A DNA stretch of 55,037 nucleotides from Candidatus Kerfeldbacteria bacterium (GTDB taxonomy: Bacteria > Patescibacteriota > Patescibacteriia > UBA9570). The notes below the pieces were generated by a model that searched no databases, was not told the origin of the DNA, and saw only the letters and a list, made by a program, of their open reading frames with translations. Position numbers and translations under genes: made by a program. Position 1 is the stretch's first letter. The number at the start of each line of letters is the position of its first letter. Below are positions 33,344 to 41,597 of the stretch, one piece after another. The stretch lies in contig JACQPW010000033.1 in the NCBI GenBank assembly GCA_016207285.1, forward strand, positions 1 through 55,037, written 5' to 3'.

Positions 33344-34346
33344 AAGTGGCTCGAAGTTTACGTAAAGCTGCTAGTACCTCGGCCTGGGTCTTGGCATGCT
33401 GAATGCCGAATCCGCTCATGCTATAAGGTAAATTGATTAGGTTTGGTTGCTGTTGTGCCACGAGTAGCGTTTCAACTAACGCGCGTTGTACAGTTGCATC
33501 CTCGACAAATTGTTGTGGGCAAAGTTCGCAGAGACCAAGGTACGCACGATCTAATCTATCAAATAATTGCCAGCGCGCTAATTTTCGTTTTAGGGTTTGT
33601 CCTGCCGGGTCATTAGCTAAGCTAGCACTTAACCGTTGTGGATCAAGAATACGTAATTCCACAAATGTGCCATACGGTGGCAGGTCATTGACTTTGGCCT
33701 GGCGGGGTACAAAGTTAAATTGTGGGTGTACTGGAGTAATACCGCGTTCCAACATCTTTACAATAATACTCGTTGGGTTGATCGCTCGGGCTGTTGCCAG
33801 AGCCGTAGCAACATCCGCCCCACCATTGATTAATTCGGGACCAAATTCATCGACCACAGCGTGATCAACGGCCTGACCCGCGAGATACATAGCTAGTTTT
33901 TTGTCTTCGGTTAACCCATTATCTTGTAGACCATGGATAATGGCATAACCAGCATCGACAATGGCATCGTACCGTTTTAATAACTCAGTGTCACCTTGGG
34001 CTCTCTTCGTTACTGTCATCGGAACATCAGCCGTGGGATCAAATTGAATCTCACCATCCGATCCGGTTGTTAAGCGTGGATCAACACCACCGACGATACC
34101 AACCGTATGATCTGGAAACAGTTCATGAATGATAGTCATTTCATAAAACACCGCTTTGTGATGAAACGGTGACACAGGTATCCGTTTGGCGTCTTCGGTC
34201 TCATGTTTGACCTGGCGGTGAGTGCGATACCATTCCTTTAAGACCAGTGGGTTTTCCGGTGTCCCAAAAAAATAGATGCGACCCTCTTCACCACGTTTAT
34301 CGGGTGTGCGCTTACGGATAGGGTCGATGTCTTTACGGTCTAACAT
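33327..34346 (-). CDS. hypothetical protein (ORFan) between the GAF-ANTAR gene and glnA
   Basis: 339 aa with balanced composition and no motif I recognise. It starts 4 nt after the GAF-ANTAR stop. Confidence 0.65.
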   Translation of the reverse strand: MLDRKDIDPIRKRTPDKRGEEGRIYFFGTPENPLVLKEWYRTHRQVKHETEDAKRIPVSPFHHKAVFYEMTIIHELFPDHTVGIVGGVDPRLTTGSDGEIQFDPTADVPMTVTKRAQGDTELLKRYDAIVDAGYAIIHGLQDNGLTEDKKLAMYLAGQAVDHAVVDEFGPELINGGADVATALATARAINPTSIIVKMLERGITPVHPQFNFVPRQAKVNDLPPYGTFVELRILDPQRLSASLANDPAGQTLKRKLARWQLFDRLDRAYLGLCELCPQQFVEDATVQRALVETLLVAQQQPNLINLPYSMSGFGIQHAKTQAEVLAALRKLRATFDKTS

Positions 34347-34350
34347 TGCA

Positions 34351-35034
34351 TTATAACGACAAAGCCAATAAGATCGCCTCGGCTACCTCCTTCATGGTTT
34401 TTTTGGTGTCCATGGATTTTTTGCGGATCAGGGCATAGGCGGCATCTTCACTCAGCTGTTGTTGTCTCATCAGCATACCTTTAGCCTTCTCCACCACTTT
34501 TCTGGTCTCGAGGGCATCTTTGAGGGCTTGAGTTTCTGACAATAATTTAGCATTATAAATCGCCCCACCTACTTGGGTGGCGATCATTTTTAGTAACGAC
34601 AAGTCCGTTTCTGGATGTTGGCGTTTTTTACGGTGTTGTACATTAATGACTCCAACCACATCACCTTTAAACATAATGGGTGCAGAGACAAAAGCTTCCC
34701 AGCGATCTTCGTCAACGTCTAAATGAGGAACAAACTTGAACCGACTATCAGCGTAAGATTTTTCTGTCAGGACTACTAACTTGTGGTGTTCGGCCACCCA
34801 GCCAGTGATACCCTCACCATACTGCATAGCTACTTTATTAATCATCTTGGGGTGGGGTATTTTTGAGGCCTTTAAAATGAGGTGATCATCCTGGGAGAGG
34901 TAAATCAAACAGGAATCCGCCTTCATCGTTTTAGACACTAAATCCACCACTTGAGCTAACACCTCATCTAAATCTAGGTTATAGCTGATGGTTTCGGTAA
35001 TGCGCTCTAGGAGTTGTAATTGTTGCTTCAACAT
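34351..35034 (-). CDS. GAF-ANTAR RNA-binding antitermination regulator
   Basis: 227 aa. N-terminal GAF domain (LDEVLAQVVDLVSKTMKADSCLIYL...GEGITGWVAE...VGVINVQH) and C-terminal ANTAR helices (LETRKVVEKAKGMLMRQQQLSEDAAYALIRKKSMDTKKTMKEVAEAIL). Confidence 0.85.
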   Translation of the reverse strand: MLKQQLQLLERITETISYNLDLDEVLAQVVDLVSKTMKADSCLIYLSQDDHLILKASKIPHPKMINKVAMQYGEGITGWVAEHHKLVVLTEKSYADSRFKFVPHLDVDEDRWEAFVSAPIMFKGDVVGVINVQHRKKRQHPETDLSLLKMIATQVGGAIYNAKLLSETQALKDALETRKVVEKAKGMLMRQQQLSEDAAYALIRKKSMDTKKTMKEVAEAILLALSL

Positions 35035-35041
35035 GCCCCCA

Positions 35042-35050
35042 TGGTATACT
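35042..35050 (+). promoter_or_regulatory. extended -10 element 7 nt upstream of ATG 35058 (candidate leaderless start)
   Basis: TGGTATACT (35042-35050), 7 nt, then ATG 35058. This is the same geometry as at 21726-21742. Confidence 0.45.
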
Positions 35051-35057
35051 AAGTGGT

Positions 35058-35390
35058 ATGAATCCTCAAGTGACCAGTCGCAAATTTGGGATCGCTGCTG
35101 CCATCGTGACTCTATGGCTCTTTTTACATCAGACCCTGGCTTTTATCATTGCCGTGGTGCTGGGGACTACTAGTTCTAGCTATAAAGATGAACCAGCTAC
35201 CATTACATATTTGGTCTTGTCGGCTTTTGGTGTCTTACTTGGTATTGCTAGTCTGACATTGAGCGCCTTAAATCTCATGAAGGATACTAAAGGCAAGTGG
35301 CTAGGAATTGTGTCCATCATTATCACCTTACTTTGTTTGGCAGCTACCATTATTGTGGCCGTTTGGTCCTCGGTTGATACCTGGGGTTAG
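35058..35390 (+). CDS. small 3-TM membrane protein, hypothetical
   Basis: 110 aa with three hydrophobic helices and no recognised family. Confidence 0.5.
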   Translation: MNPQVTSRKFGIAAAIVTLWLFLHQTLAFIIAVVLGTTSSSYKDEPATITYLVLSAFGVLLGIASLTLSALNLMKDTKGKWLGIVSIIITLLCLAATIIVAVWSSVDTWG

Positions 35391-35399
35391 GTCTTCACC

Positions 35400-36104
35400 T
35401 TAAAAATGTTGCGCTAAAAAAGTTTGCAACCATGGATCTGGTTGTTGTTTGAGTGCTGCCCAGATATTCGCTGCGGTGATTGTTCCAGCCCGCAAGACAA
35501 TGGCTTGGTCAGCGATATAGTTGGCTTCGGCTAAATCATGCGTGACATACAGCACCGGTAGTCGCAGAGCGGCTAGTTGTTGTTTTAATAACCGTACTAG
35601 TTCAACCCGTAACAGCGCATCGACGCCAGCAAACGGTTCATCAAACAATAAAATTTTTGGTTGATAGACCATGGTGCGGGCTAACATCACCCGGCGTTGT
35701 TCACCACCACTCAACTGATGTGGGTAGCGCTTTAAAACAGCGGTCAGTTGGAGTTGTGCAGCTAGAGTGTTTACCGCTTGGGCAATCATCACCGGCGCTT
35801 GTTTGCGGAGTTTCAAGGGGTAGGCGATATTGTCCGCGGCAGTGAGATGCGGCAACAGGGTGTTGTCTTGTTCAACGTATCCCAATGAGCGTTTTTCTGG
35901 TGCCAATCCATCGAGTGGCAGGTTATTTAACTGGATTGTACCTTGATACGATTCTAAGCCAGCGATGCAGCGTAGCAAACTAGTTTTACCGGAGCCCGAT
36001 GGACCAATCAGAGCAGTGACTACATTTGGTTGCACCTGAAAAGACAGTTCTGATAATATCAGCTGATCATTTTTAGATAAAATCAGGTGATCAACGGCGA
36101 GCAT
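35400..36104 (-). CDS. thiQ: ABC transporter ATP-binding protein (thiamine importer by context)
   Basis: 234 aa. Walker A GPSGSGKTS, signature LSGGEQRR, Walker B LLFDEP. It is the last gene of the riboswitch-controlled thi operon. Confidence 0.75.
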   Translation of the reverse strand: MLAVDHLILSKNDQLILSELSFQVQPNVVTALIGPSGSGKTSLLRCIAGLESYQGTIQLNNLPLDGLAPEKRSLGYVEQDNTLLPHLTAADNIAYPLKLRKQAPVMIAQAVNTLAAQLQLTAVLKRYPHQLSGGEQRRVMLARTMVYQPKILLFDEPFAGVDALLRVELVRLLKQQLAALRLPVLYVTHDLAEANYIADQAIVLRAGTITAANIWAALKQQPDPWLQTFLAQHF

Positions 36105-37413
36105 AGAATACAGTAATGATGCCAGTCATGCAGCCAAGTATAATAAGCATAGCTAGGCTACCGACGGCAAAATGGTAACTGCCGATCAGTTGCAGGGCGT
36201 AGCCCATGGCCAAGGGTTGTTGGTGAGGTGTCAAATTGGTACTGATACTGGCATCGCCTAGGATGAGGATAACTCCGAAAATCACTACAGAGCGTATCGC
36301 TGGTAGTTGTAAGCGATACTCCAATTTTAATCTGTCCCAGACATGAGCGCCCAGTACTCGACTCGTTTGCAGCAGAGAGCGTCCATAGCGTTGGCGAGCT
36401 TGATGTAAAATAATCGTAGTGATTGGTAAAACTGATAATAACAAGGCACCCACTATACTGAGGTAACCTTTACCAAACAGCTGGTACCAAATAAACGAAG
36501 CGGTGATTGGTGAGATGCTCAAGAGTAGCAGGCCTAGGGTGGTGCCTAGCCGTAACAGCATCACCATACTAATGCTGATCATCAGCACGATCAGCGTAAT
36601 ACCAAGGGTACGTAACAGCGCACTACTAAATTGGCTGTTGAGTAGGGTGGTTACGTCAGTGGCTGTGATGGTCGTGATGATTCTCCTCACCAATGCCAAC
36701 AATGGCAGTAGTACTAAACCGGTGAGTAGTCCGCGCAATACTGTCCAGTACCACTGGCTGGGTGTAGCCGGTAGCGGAGTATATTGAGCAGGGACATAGT
36801 TTGGTTGGGTGAACACAAGTACAATCATGACCGTGAGTAGGATCAGAAATTGAATCGCCGCCGCCACTAAGGCTATAGTCGGTTGGTGATAGAGGTAGAT
36901 CTGTTTATACAACCATACCTCCATGGTTTGACCATGCACACCGCCGAGTTGTAACGGTAAGATGAAACTCGTAAAGCTGTAAAGGAAGATGATACCAGTT
37001 GTTCCAATGATGGCCAGACGTAGTTGTGGTAACAGTACTTGTCGGAAACGTTGCCAACGATTGGCGCCTAGTAGTTGTGCAGCGGCTTCGGTAGCTGGCG
37101 AAATGCCGTTTAAAGCTGACCGGAACAAACTATAGGCCAGTGGAACATTATAGTATCCGTAAGCCAGTAGTATAGTCGTAGGGGAATATAAGATTGGCAG
37201 CGGCAAGAGGCCTTGGGTACCAAAGGTAGCAATAAAACTAGTGGCCACAATGACTGGCGGCAGAAATACCGGCAACAGCATGCTGCCGATAAACCAGCGT
37301 GGGGCCGGTTGTTGCCACAGCCGTTCAACAACAGCCAAACCTCCGCCAATACCCAAGGCGAGCCCAACGGTAATTATTGAATACCAAAGGCTTGATTCCA
37401 ATCCTGTAACCAT
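36091..37413 (-). CDS. thiP: ABC transporter permease, duplicated-domain type (thiamine importer by context)
   Basis: 440 aa with ~12 TM segments in two halves. It lies between the TbpA-like binding protein and the ATPase. The start is uncertain, because the listed start overlaps thiB by 40 nt. Confidence 0.7.
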   Translation of the reverse strand: MVTGLESSLWYSIITVGLALGIGGGLAVVERLWQQPAPRWFIGSMLLPVFLPPVIVATSFIATFGTQGLLPLPILYSPTTILLAYGYYNVPLAYSLFRSALNGISPATEAAAQLLGANRWQRFRQVLLPQLRLAIIGTTGIIFLYSFTSFILPLQLGGVHGQTMEVWLYKQIYLYHQPTIALVAAAIQFLILLTVMIVLVFTQPNYVPAQYTPLPATPSQWYWTVLRGLLTGLVLLPLLALVRRIITTITATDVTTLLNSQFSSALLRTLGITLIVLMISISMVMLLRLGTTLGLLLLSISPITASFIWYQLFGKGYLSIVGALLLSVLPITTIILHQARQRYGRSLLQTSRVLGAHVWDRLKLEYRLQLPAIRSVVIFGVILILGDASISTNLTPHQQPLAMGYALQLIGSYHFAVGSLAMLIILGCMTGIITVFYARR

Positions 37414-38348
37414 GTGGTGTAGTCCTGTTTAACGGTGGCTGCATCTATGGTAAGAATCTCATCAGCTTTGGGTTGGATAATTTGCGTGTAGGCAGCTGGC
37501 CAGGTACTGGCATCGCCACCGACTGGAAACATCCATTGGGTAGTCGGGATTTGATTTTGCACTGCGTCGGACAGCAGGTAATCGATAAACAATTGACCAC
37601 CGGCAGTTTGATTATTACCGCTGACTTGCGCCACATATTCGGTTTGTTTCAAGTAGCCATCTGAAATCGGTATCGCAGCATAACGATCACTGCCTTCTTG
37701 ATCAATATGGTAGGCCGGACTAGTCAGGTAACTTAACACAATCGGCGCTTCACCATTTAAAAACATCGTGTAGTAAGCAGTATTCCAATCCGGTGCGACG
37801 GTTAGGGTTTGATCAGCTAAGGCTTCCCAGAATTCATTGCTGTCATCGCCGAACACCGCCTGGCCCCACAATAATAATTGCGTGCCGGGTGAGGATAAGC
37901 CCGCTTGTTCAATAATGATTTTGCCTTGATAGGTCTCGTCTTCGGCTAAGGTTTCTAAACTGATCGGTTCTGGAAATGATAATTGGGTAGTGTCATAGAC
38001 AAAGCCCACATAGCCGTAATCAAAAGCGGTTGGATTCGTAAATAAATCGGCATCACCATAACGTGCCACATCGCTGTTATCGATCCCTAGTACCACATCG
38101 GCTTTAGGTGCGGACTGTTCCAATAAAAGCTGGCTGACCATGGCACCGGTATCGGCAAAGGTGACTACTTCAAGTTGCAACCCAGATTCAGTTTCAAAAC
38201 TATCTTGGATCGCCGGTAGTAAACCGTAATCGGCCGCTAGGCTATCATAGGTGTACACCGTCAGGGTGTTATCTACTGGTGTGACCGTCTGTTGGGTGCA
38301 GCCAGTGATGAGGAGACTACCGACTGCAAGGAGAATGAGTTTGTTCAT
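37374..38348 (-). CDS. thiB: thiamine-binding lipoprotein (TbpA/ThiB family)
   Basis: 324 aa with lipobox LLITGC. LTVYTYDSLAADYGLLPAIQDSFE...KADVVLGIDN closely parallels the E. coli TbpA N-terminal region as recalled. Sits downstream of the TPP riboswitch. Confidence 0.85.
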   Translation of the reverse strand: MNKLILLAVGSLLITGCTQQTVTPVDNTLTVYTYDSLAADYGLLPAIQDSFETESGLQLEVVTFADTGAMVSQLLLEQSAPKADVVLGIDNSDVARYGDADLFTNPTAFDYGYVGFVYDTTQLSFPEPISLETLAEDETYQGKIIIEQAGLSSPGTQLLLWGQAVFGDDSNEFWEALADQTLTVAPDWNTAYYTMFLNGEAPIVLSYLTSPAYHIDQEGSDRYAAIPISDGYLKQTEYVAQVSGNNQTAGGQLFIDYLLSDAVQNQIPTTQWMFPVGGDASTWPAAYTQIIQPKADEILTIDAATVKQDYTTWLQDWNQAFGIQ

Positions 38349-38359
38349 AAAGTGTTTTT

Positions 38360-38479
38360 AGATCTCTTCCCCGTCCCTGTCGACCTCTCTCCCTAACCCT
38401 CTCTCCTTTCAGGAAAGAGGGAATAGCTTCCCCCTCCTGAAAGGAGGGGCGGGGGGAGGTCGAGAAGGGGATGAGATCT
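38360..38479. repeat. 120-bp imperfect palindrome (C-tract arm / G-tract arm) in the thi leader
   Basis: AGATCTC...TCGACCTC...CTCCTTTCAGGA...GGGAA-TAGC-TTCCC...TCCTGAAAGGAG...GAGGTCGA...GAGATCT. Matched blocks of 7, 4, 8, 12 and 5 bp form one long hairpin. It lies between the riboswitch terminator and the thiB ATG. Confidence 0.6.
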
Positions 38480-38486
38480 GTCTAAT

Positions 38487-38510
38487 AAAAAATTCCCTTC
38501 AATAGGGAAT
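38487..38510 (-). terminator. TPP-riboswitch expression-platform terminator
   Basis: On the - strand RNA: AUUCCCU-AUUGA-AGGGAAU followed by U6. The 5' arm AUUCCCU can alternatively pair with AGGGAAU at the 3' end of the aptamer. Confidence 0.7.
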
Positions 38511-38520
38511 ACAACACAGT

Positions 38521-38618
38521 GGCTATATTCCCTTCGCTGGCATTACCCAGATCAGGTGTATAAGGATTTATCTCAGGCCTACTCCGCTAAAGCTTCGTAG
38601 CGCCACTCCTATACAGCC
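38521..38618 (-). promoter_or_regulatory. TPP (THI-box) riboswitch
   Basis: The - strand reads GGCUGUAU...GGCCUGAGAUAAAUCCUUAUACACCUGAUCUGGGUAAUGCCAGCGAAGGGAAUAUAGCC. It contains the conserved CUGAGA, ACCUGAUCUGG-UAAUGCCAGCG and AGGGA elements, with P1 GGCUGUAU/AUAUAGCC. Confidence 0.9.
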
Positions 38619-38623
38619 CAGTC

Positions 38624-38652
38624 ATTGTAACGGATGATCAGGATTGACACAA
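38624..38652 (-). promoter_or_regulatory. promoter of the thi operon
   Basis: On the - strand: TTGTGT (38652-38647), 17-nt spacer, TACAAT (38629-38624). The predicted TSS is at the start of riboswitch P1. Confidence 0.5.
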
Positions 38653-38672
38653 GAGGTTAATTATGTCATTCT
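38644..38672 (+). promoter_or_regulatory. candidate promoter of rnpB
   Basis: TTGACA (38644-38649), 17-nt spacer ending in TGT, then CATTCT (38667-38672), 6 nt before the predicted rnpB 5' end. Its -35 element overlaps the -35 of the divergent thi promoter. Confidence 0.4.
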
Positions 38673-38678
38673 AGCCGT

Positions 38679-39032
38679 ACCCAAGTGGGCTAGATGGCTG
38701 CCCGCCGTCGCTAAGGCTATGGCGGGAGGAAAGTCCGAACATTCACACCGCCGATTGGCAGTGTAAAGAGGTAGTGGGATTATACCCATCCAGCGTGAGC
38801 TGCGAGGTGCGAACAGTGATGCCTGGACCGAAAGGAAAGGGATCCGTATTCAAAGGGAATATGGATATACCCGCCGAAGCCTTGGCGAAGGCGGGGGTGC
38901 AACAGCTAAATCCTTACCTGAATGCAAGAGCAAATTTATCATGTACGGTCGCAATTGCCCGAACATGATTGGTAGCTCGCATTAGATAGATAGCCATCCA
39001 CGACAGAATTCGGCTTATCGGCCCAGTTGGGT
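38679..39032 (+). ncRNA. rnpB: RNase P RNA, bacterial type A
   Basis: Conserved GGAGGAAAGUCCGAAC (CR-I) near the 5' end and ACAGAAUUCGGCUUAUCGGCC (CR-V) near the 3' end. P1 pairs ACCCAAGUGGGC (38679-38690) with GCCCAGUUGGGU (39021-39032). Boundaries are good to about 10 nt. Confidence 0.9.
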
Positions 39033-39039
39033 AACCGTA

Positions 39040-40482
39040 ATGATCACATCTAGTTTGAAACGAGTTGAGCTAATCATTGGTGCATTATTGGTGCCATTAG
39101 ATTACATCATGATGATCGCCGCTGGTTATACAGCGTACGTGGTTCGGTTTGGAAATACGGTTAGTACTTTGCGCGCCGCTGTCTATGTGTTGCCGTTTGG
39201 TGACTACATGAAAATCCTCTTAGCCTCGGCAGTGGTCATGGTGATTATTTTTGCCTTCAACCGCATGTACGATATTACCGGCACACGGCGGATTCTAGAT
39301 GAGTTGCGTAAAATAGTACTAGCTTGTTCCACTGGAGTGTTGATTGTGATGATCCTGTTCTTTTTTAATCGGGAGTTATTTTCTTCGCGCTTTATTATTT
39401 TATCTGCCTGGTTGTTGAGCGTGACGTATCTGGCGGCGATGCGTTTAACAGTGATTATCGTTGAACGCTGGTTGTTTCGTCGCGGTATCGGCGTGCACCG
39501 CGTCTTGCTGATTGGTTCATCGCGCACCGCTAGCATTTTATTTGATGCCTTTCGTAACAGTCCTAGTTTAGGGTATAGCGTAATTGAACGTGCCTTGGTG
39601 GCCGACGCCTCGCTGTTTGATAAGATTAATAAAGTGATTAAGATCAAAGCGATTGATGACATTATTGTGGCCGACCAAGAGTTATCGCGTGAGCAAATTG
39701 CCCGCTTAATCGAGTTCAGTAAAATTCACCACCTTGATTTCAAATATGCCGCCGATATTTTTGATACCCAGGTGTCGCATATTGCGATGCGCCCAGTGGC
39801 TGGTATTCCGTTGGTGGAATTACGCCGGACGCCGTTACAAGGGTGGGGGCGCATTTTTAAGCGCGCGATTGATGTGGTTTTTTCTAGTTTGGCGTTAGTG
39901 GTCTTTTCGCCCGTGATGTTGGCAACGGCTATTGCGGTACGGTTAGATTCAGCCGGCCCAGTGATCTATAAAAATCGCCGCGTCGGAGAAACCGGTAGAG
40001 AATTTGATACCTTGAAGTTTCGCTCAATGAAAAAAGAGTATTGCATCGGTGAGCAGTTTGGTAATCCGGCTGCTGCTTTGGCCTTAGAACAAAAATTGAT
40101 CCAGGAGCAGAGCATTAAAACGGGTCCGGTTTATAAAATCAAAGATGACCCCAGAGTGACACGTGTTGGCAAATTTATTCGTAAATATTCTTTAGACGAG
40201 TTTCCGCAATTTTGGAATGTCTTGAAAGGGGAGATGAGTTTAGTGGGTCCACGACCACACCAGCCGCGCGAAGTGGAACAGTACGCGGATTATGAGCGCG
40301 CTATTTTGACGATGAAACCAGGTGTCTCTGGTTTGGCGCAAATTTCTGGCCGATCGGATTTAGAGTTTTCGGAAGAAATGCGCCTGGACACCTATTATAT
40401 GGAGAACTGGAGTATTTTGCTGGATGTGTATATTCTATTTAAAACCCCGTTTACCTTATTGAAAAAACGTTCCGCGTTATGA
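39040..40482 (+). CDS. undecaprenyl-phosphate sugar phosphotransferase (WbaP/Bac_transf family)
   Basis: 480 aa. N-terminal TM bundle plus a C-terminal catalytic domain with KRAIDVVFS, GPVIYKNRRVG, KFRSM, DEFPQFWNVLKGEMSLVGPRP. Confidence 0.88.
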   Translation: MITSSLKRVELIIGALLVPLDYIMMIAAGYTAYVVRFGNTVSTLRAAVYVLPFGDYMKILLASAVVMVIIFAFNRMYDITGTRRILDELRKIVLACSTGVLIVMILFFFNRELFSSRFIILSAWLLSVTYLAAMRLTVIIVERWLFRRGIGVHRVLLIGSSRTASILFDAFRNSPSLGYSVIERALVADASLFDKINKVIKIKAIDDIIVADQELSREQIARLIEFSKIHHLDFKYAADIFDTQVSHIAMRPVAGIPLVELRRTPLQGWGRIFKRAIDVVFSSLALVVFSPVMLATAIAVRLDSAGPVIYKNRRVGETGREFDTLKFRSMKKEYCIGEQFGNPAAALALEQKLIQEQSIKTGPVYKIKDDPRVTRVGKFIRKYSLDEFPQFWNVLKGEMSLVGPRPHQPREVEQYADYERAILTMKPGVSGLAQISGRSDLEFSEEMRLDTYYMENWSILLDVYILFKTPFTLLKKRSAL

Positions 40483-41579
40483 AGATAGCCTTAGTACATG
40501 ATCATTTAGCTCAAGATGGTGGTGCCGAAAAAGTCCTACAAGCTTTTCAGCGTATTTGGCCAGATGCCCCTACCTATGTCATTGTGCATGATCCTCAATC
40601 TGCCAATGCCGCTTTTAAGGGTAAGGATATTCGCACTTCCTTTTTGCAACGTTGGCCTGGCGGGGTGAAACACTACCAGTGGTTTTTTCCCTTGATGCCG
40701 ACCGCCGTCGAAAGTTATGATCTGATGGAATACGATGTGGTGCTCTCGAGTACCGCTTCCTTTGCCAAAGGGGTGATTACACGACCAGAGACGTTGCATA
40801 TTTGTTATTGTCACACGCCGACGCGTTATTTATGGAGTGATACCCATGATTATGTACAGGAGCTAGAGGTGAATCGGGTGATCAAATGGTTTTTGCCGTT
40901 TTTTCTAACCTATGTGCGCTTGTGGGATAAAGTGGCCGCGGATCGAGTGGATCGTTTCGTTGCCAATTCACGTTTGGTTCAAGATCGCATCACTAAATAT
41001 TATAACAAGTCAGCCGACTTGATTTATCCGCCAGTGGATACTCAACAGTTTAAGATTGGTCCAGTGGGTGACTATTATTTGGCGGGTGGTCGGTTGGTGC
41101 CCTATAAGCGATTTGACCTCATTGTCGATGCTTTTAATCATCTTGGTCGAAAATTAAAAGTGTTTGGTGATGGTCCAGAACTAAAACAATTACGTGCTCG
41201 GGCTGGCAGCAATATCGAATTTGTGGGTCGCGTTGATGATGTTGAACTGGCCAAACTGTATAGTGGCTGCTTGGCCTTTATTAACCCCCAAGTAGAAGAT
41301 TTCGGTATTACCATGGTAGAAGCCATGGCGGCTGGTCGCCCCGTATTTGCCTTTCGAGCGGGGGGTGCCCGTGAGATCATTCAACCAGGTGTGACCGGTG
41401 AGTGGTTCGATTATCAGACCTGGGAAGATTTAGCGGATTTGATTGTGCGGGTGGATCCCATGCGCTATGATTCGGCCGTTATTCAGCAGCAAGCCCAGTT
41501 ATTTTCCACGGATCAGTTTGAGCAAAAAATGAAAGCCTTTGTGGAAGGTGCATATAGTGAGTTTACACGTCAGCGCTGA
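40479..41579 (+). CDS. glycosyltransferase, GT4 (GT-B) family
   Basis: 366 aa. MKIALVHDHL...GGAEKV N-terminus and E-x7-E-like region EDFGITMVEAMAAGRPV. ATGA overlap with the upstream gene. Confidence 0.85.
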   Translation: MKIALVHDHLAQDGGAEKVLQAFQRIWPDAPTYVIVHDPQSANAAFKGKDIRTSFLQRWPGGVKHYQWFFPLMPTAVESYDLMEYDVVLSSTASFAKGVITRPETLHICYCHTPTRYLWSDTHDYVQELEVNRVIKWFLPFFLTYVRLWDKVAADRVDRFVANSRLVQDRITKYYNKSADLIYPPVDTQQFKIGPVGDYYLAGGRLVPYKRFDLIVDAFNHLGRKLKVFGDGPELKQLRARAGSNIEFVGRVDDVELAKLYSGCLAFINPQVEDFGITMVEAMAAGRPVFAFRAGGAREIIQPGVTGEWFDYQTWEDLADLIVRVDPMRYDSAVIQQQAQLFSTDQFEQKMKAFVEGAYSEFTRQR

Positions 41580-41597
41580 TCAGGTAGGATAAGTTTT

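Noticed and set aside
33433-33864. 143-aa + strand ORF antisense to the 339-aa ORFan
   Set aside because: Its translation is Cys/Ser/Arg-rich and junk-like. It is much shorter than the - strand ORF, which is operon-linked to the GAF-ANTAR gene.
38774-38968. 64-aa + strand ORF in the ORF track
   Set aside because: It lies entirely inside the RNase P RNA gene, whose conserved CR-I and CR-V elements and P1 pairing explain the region. The ORF is spurious.
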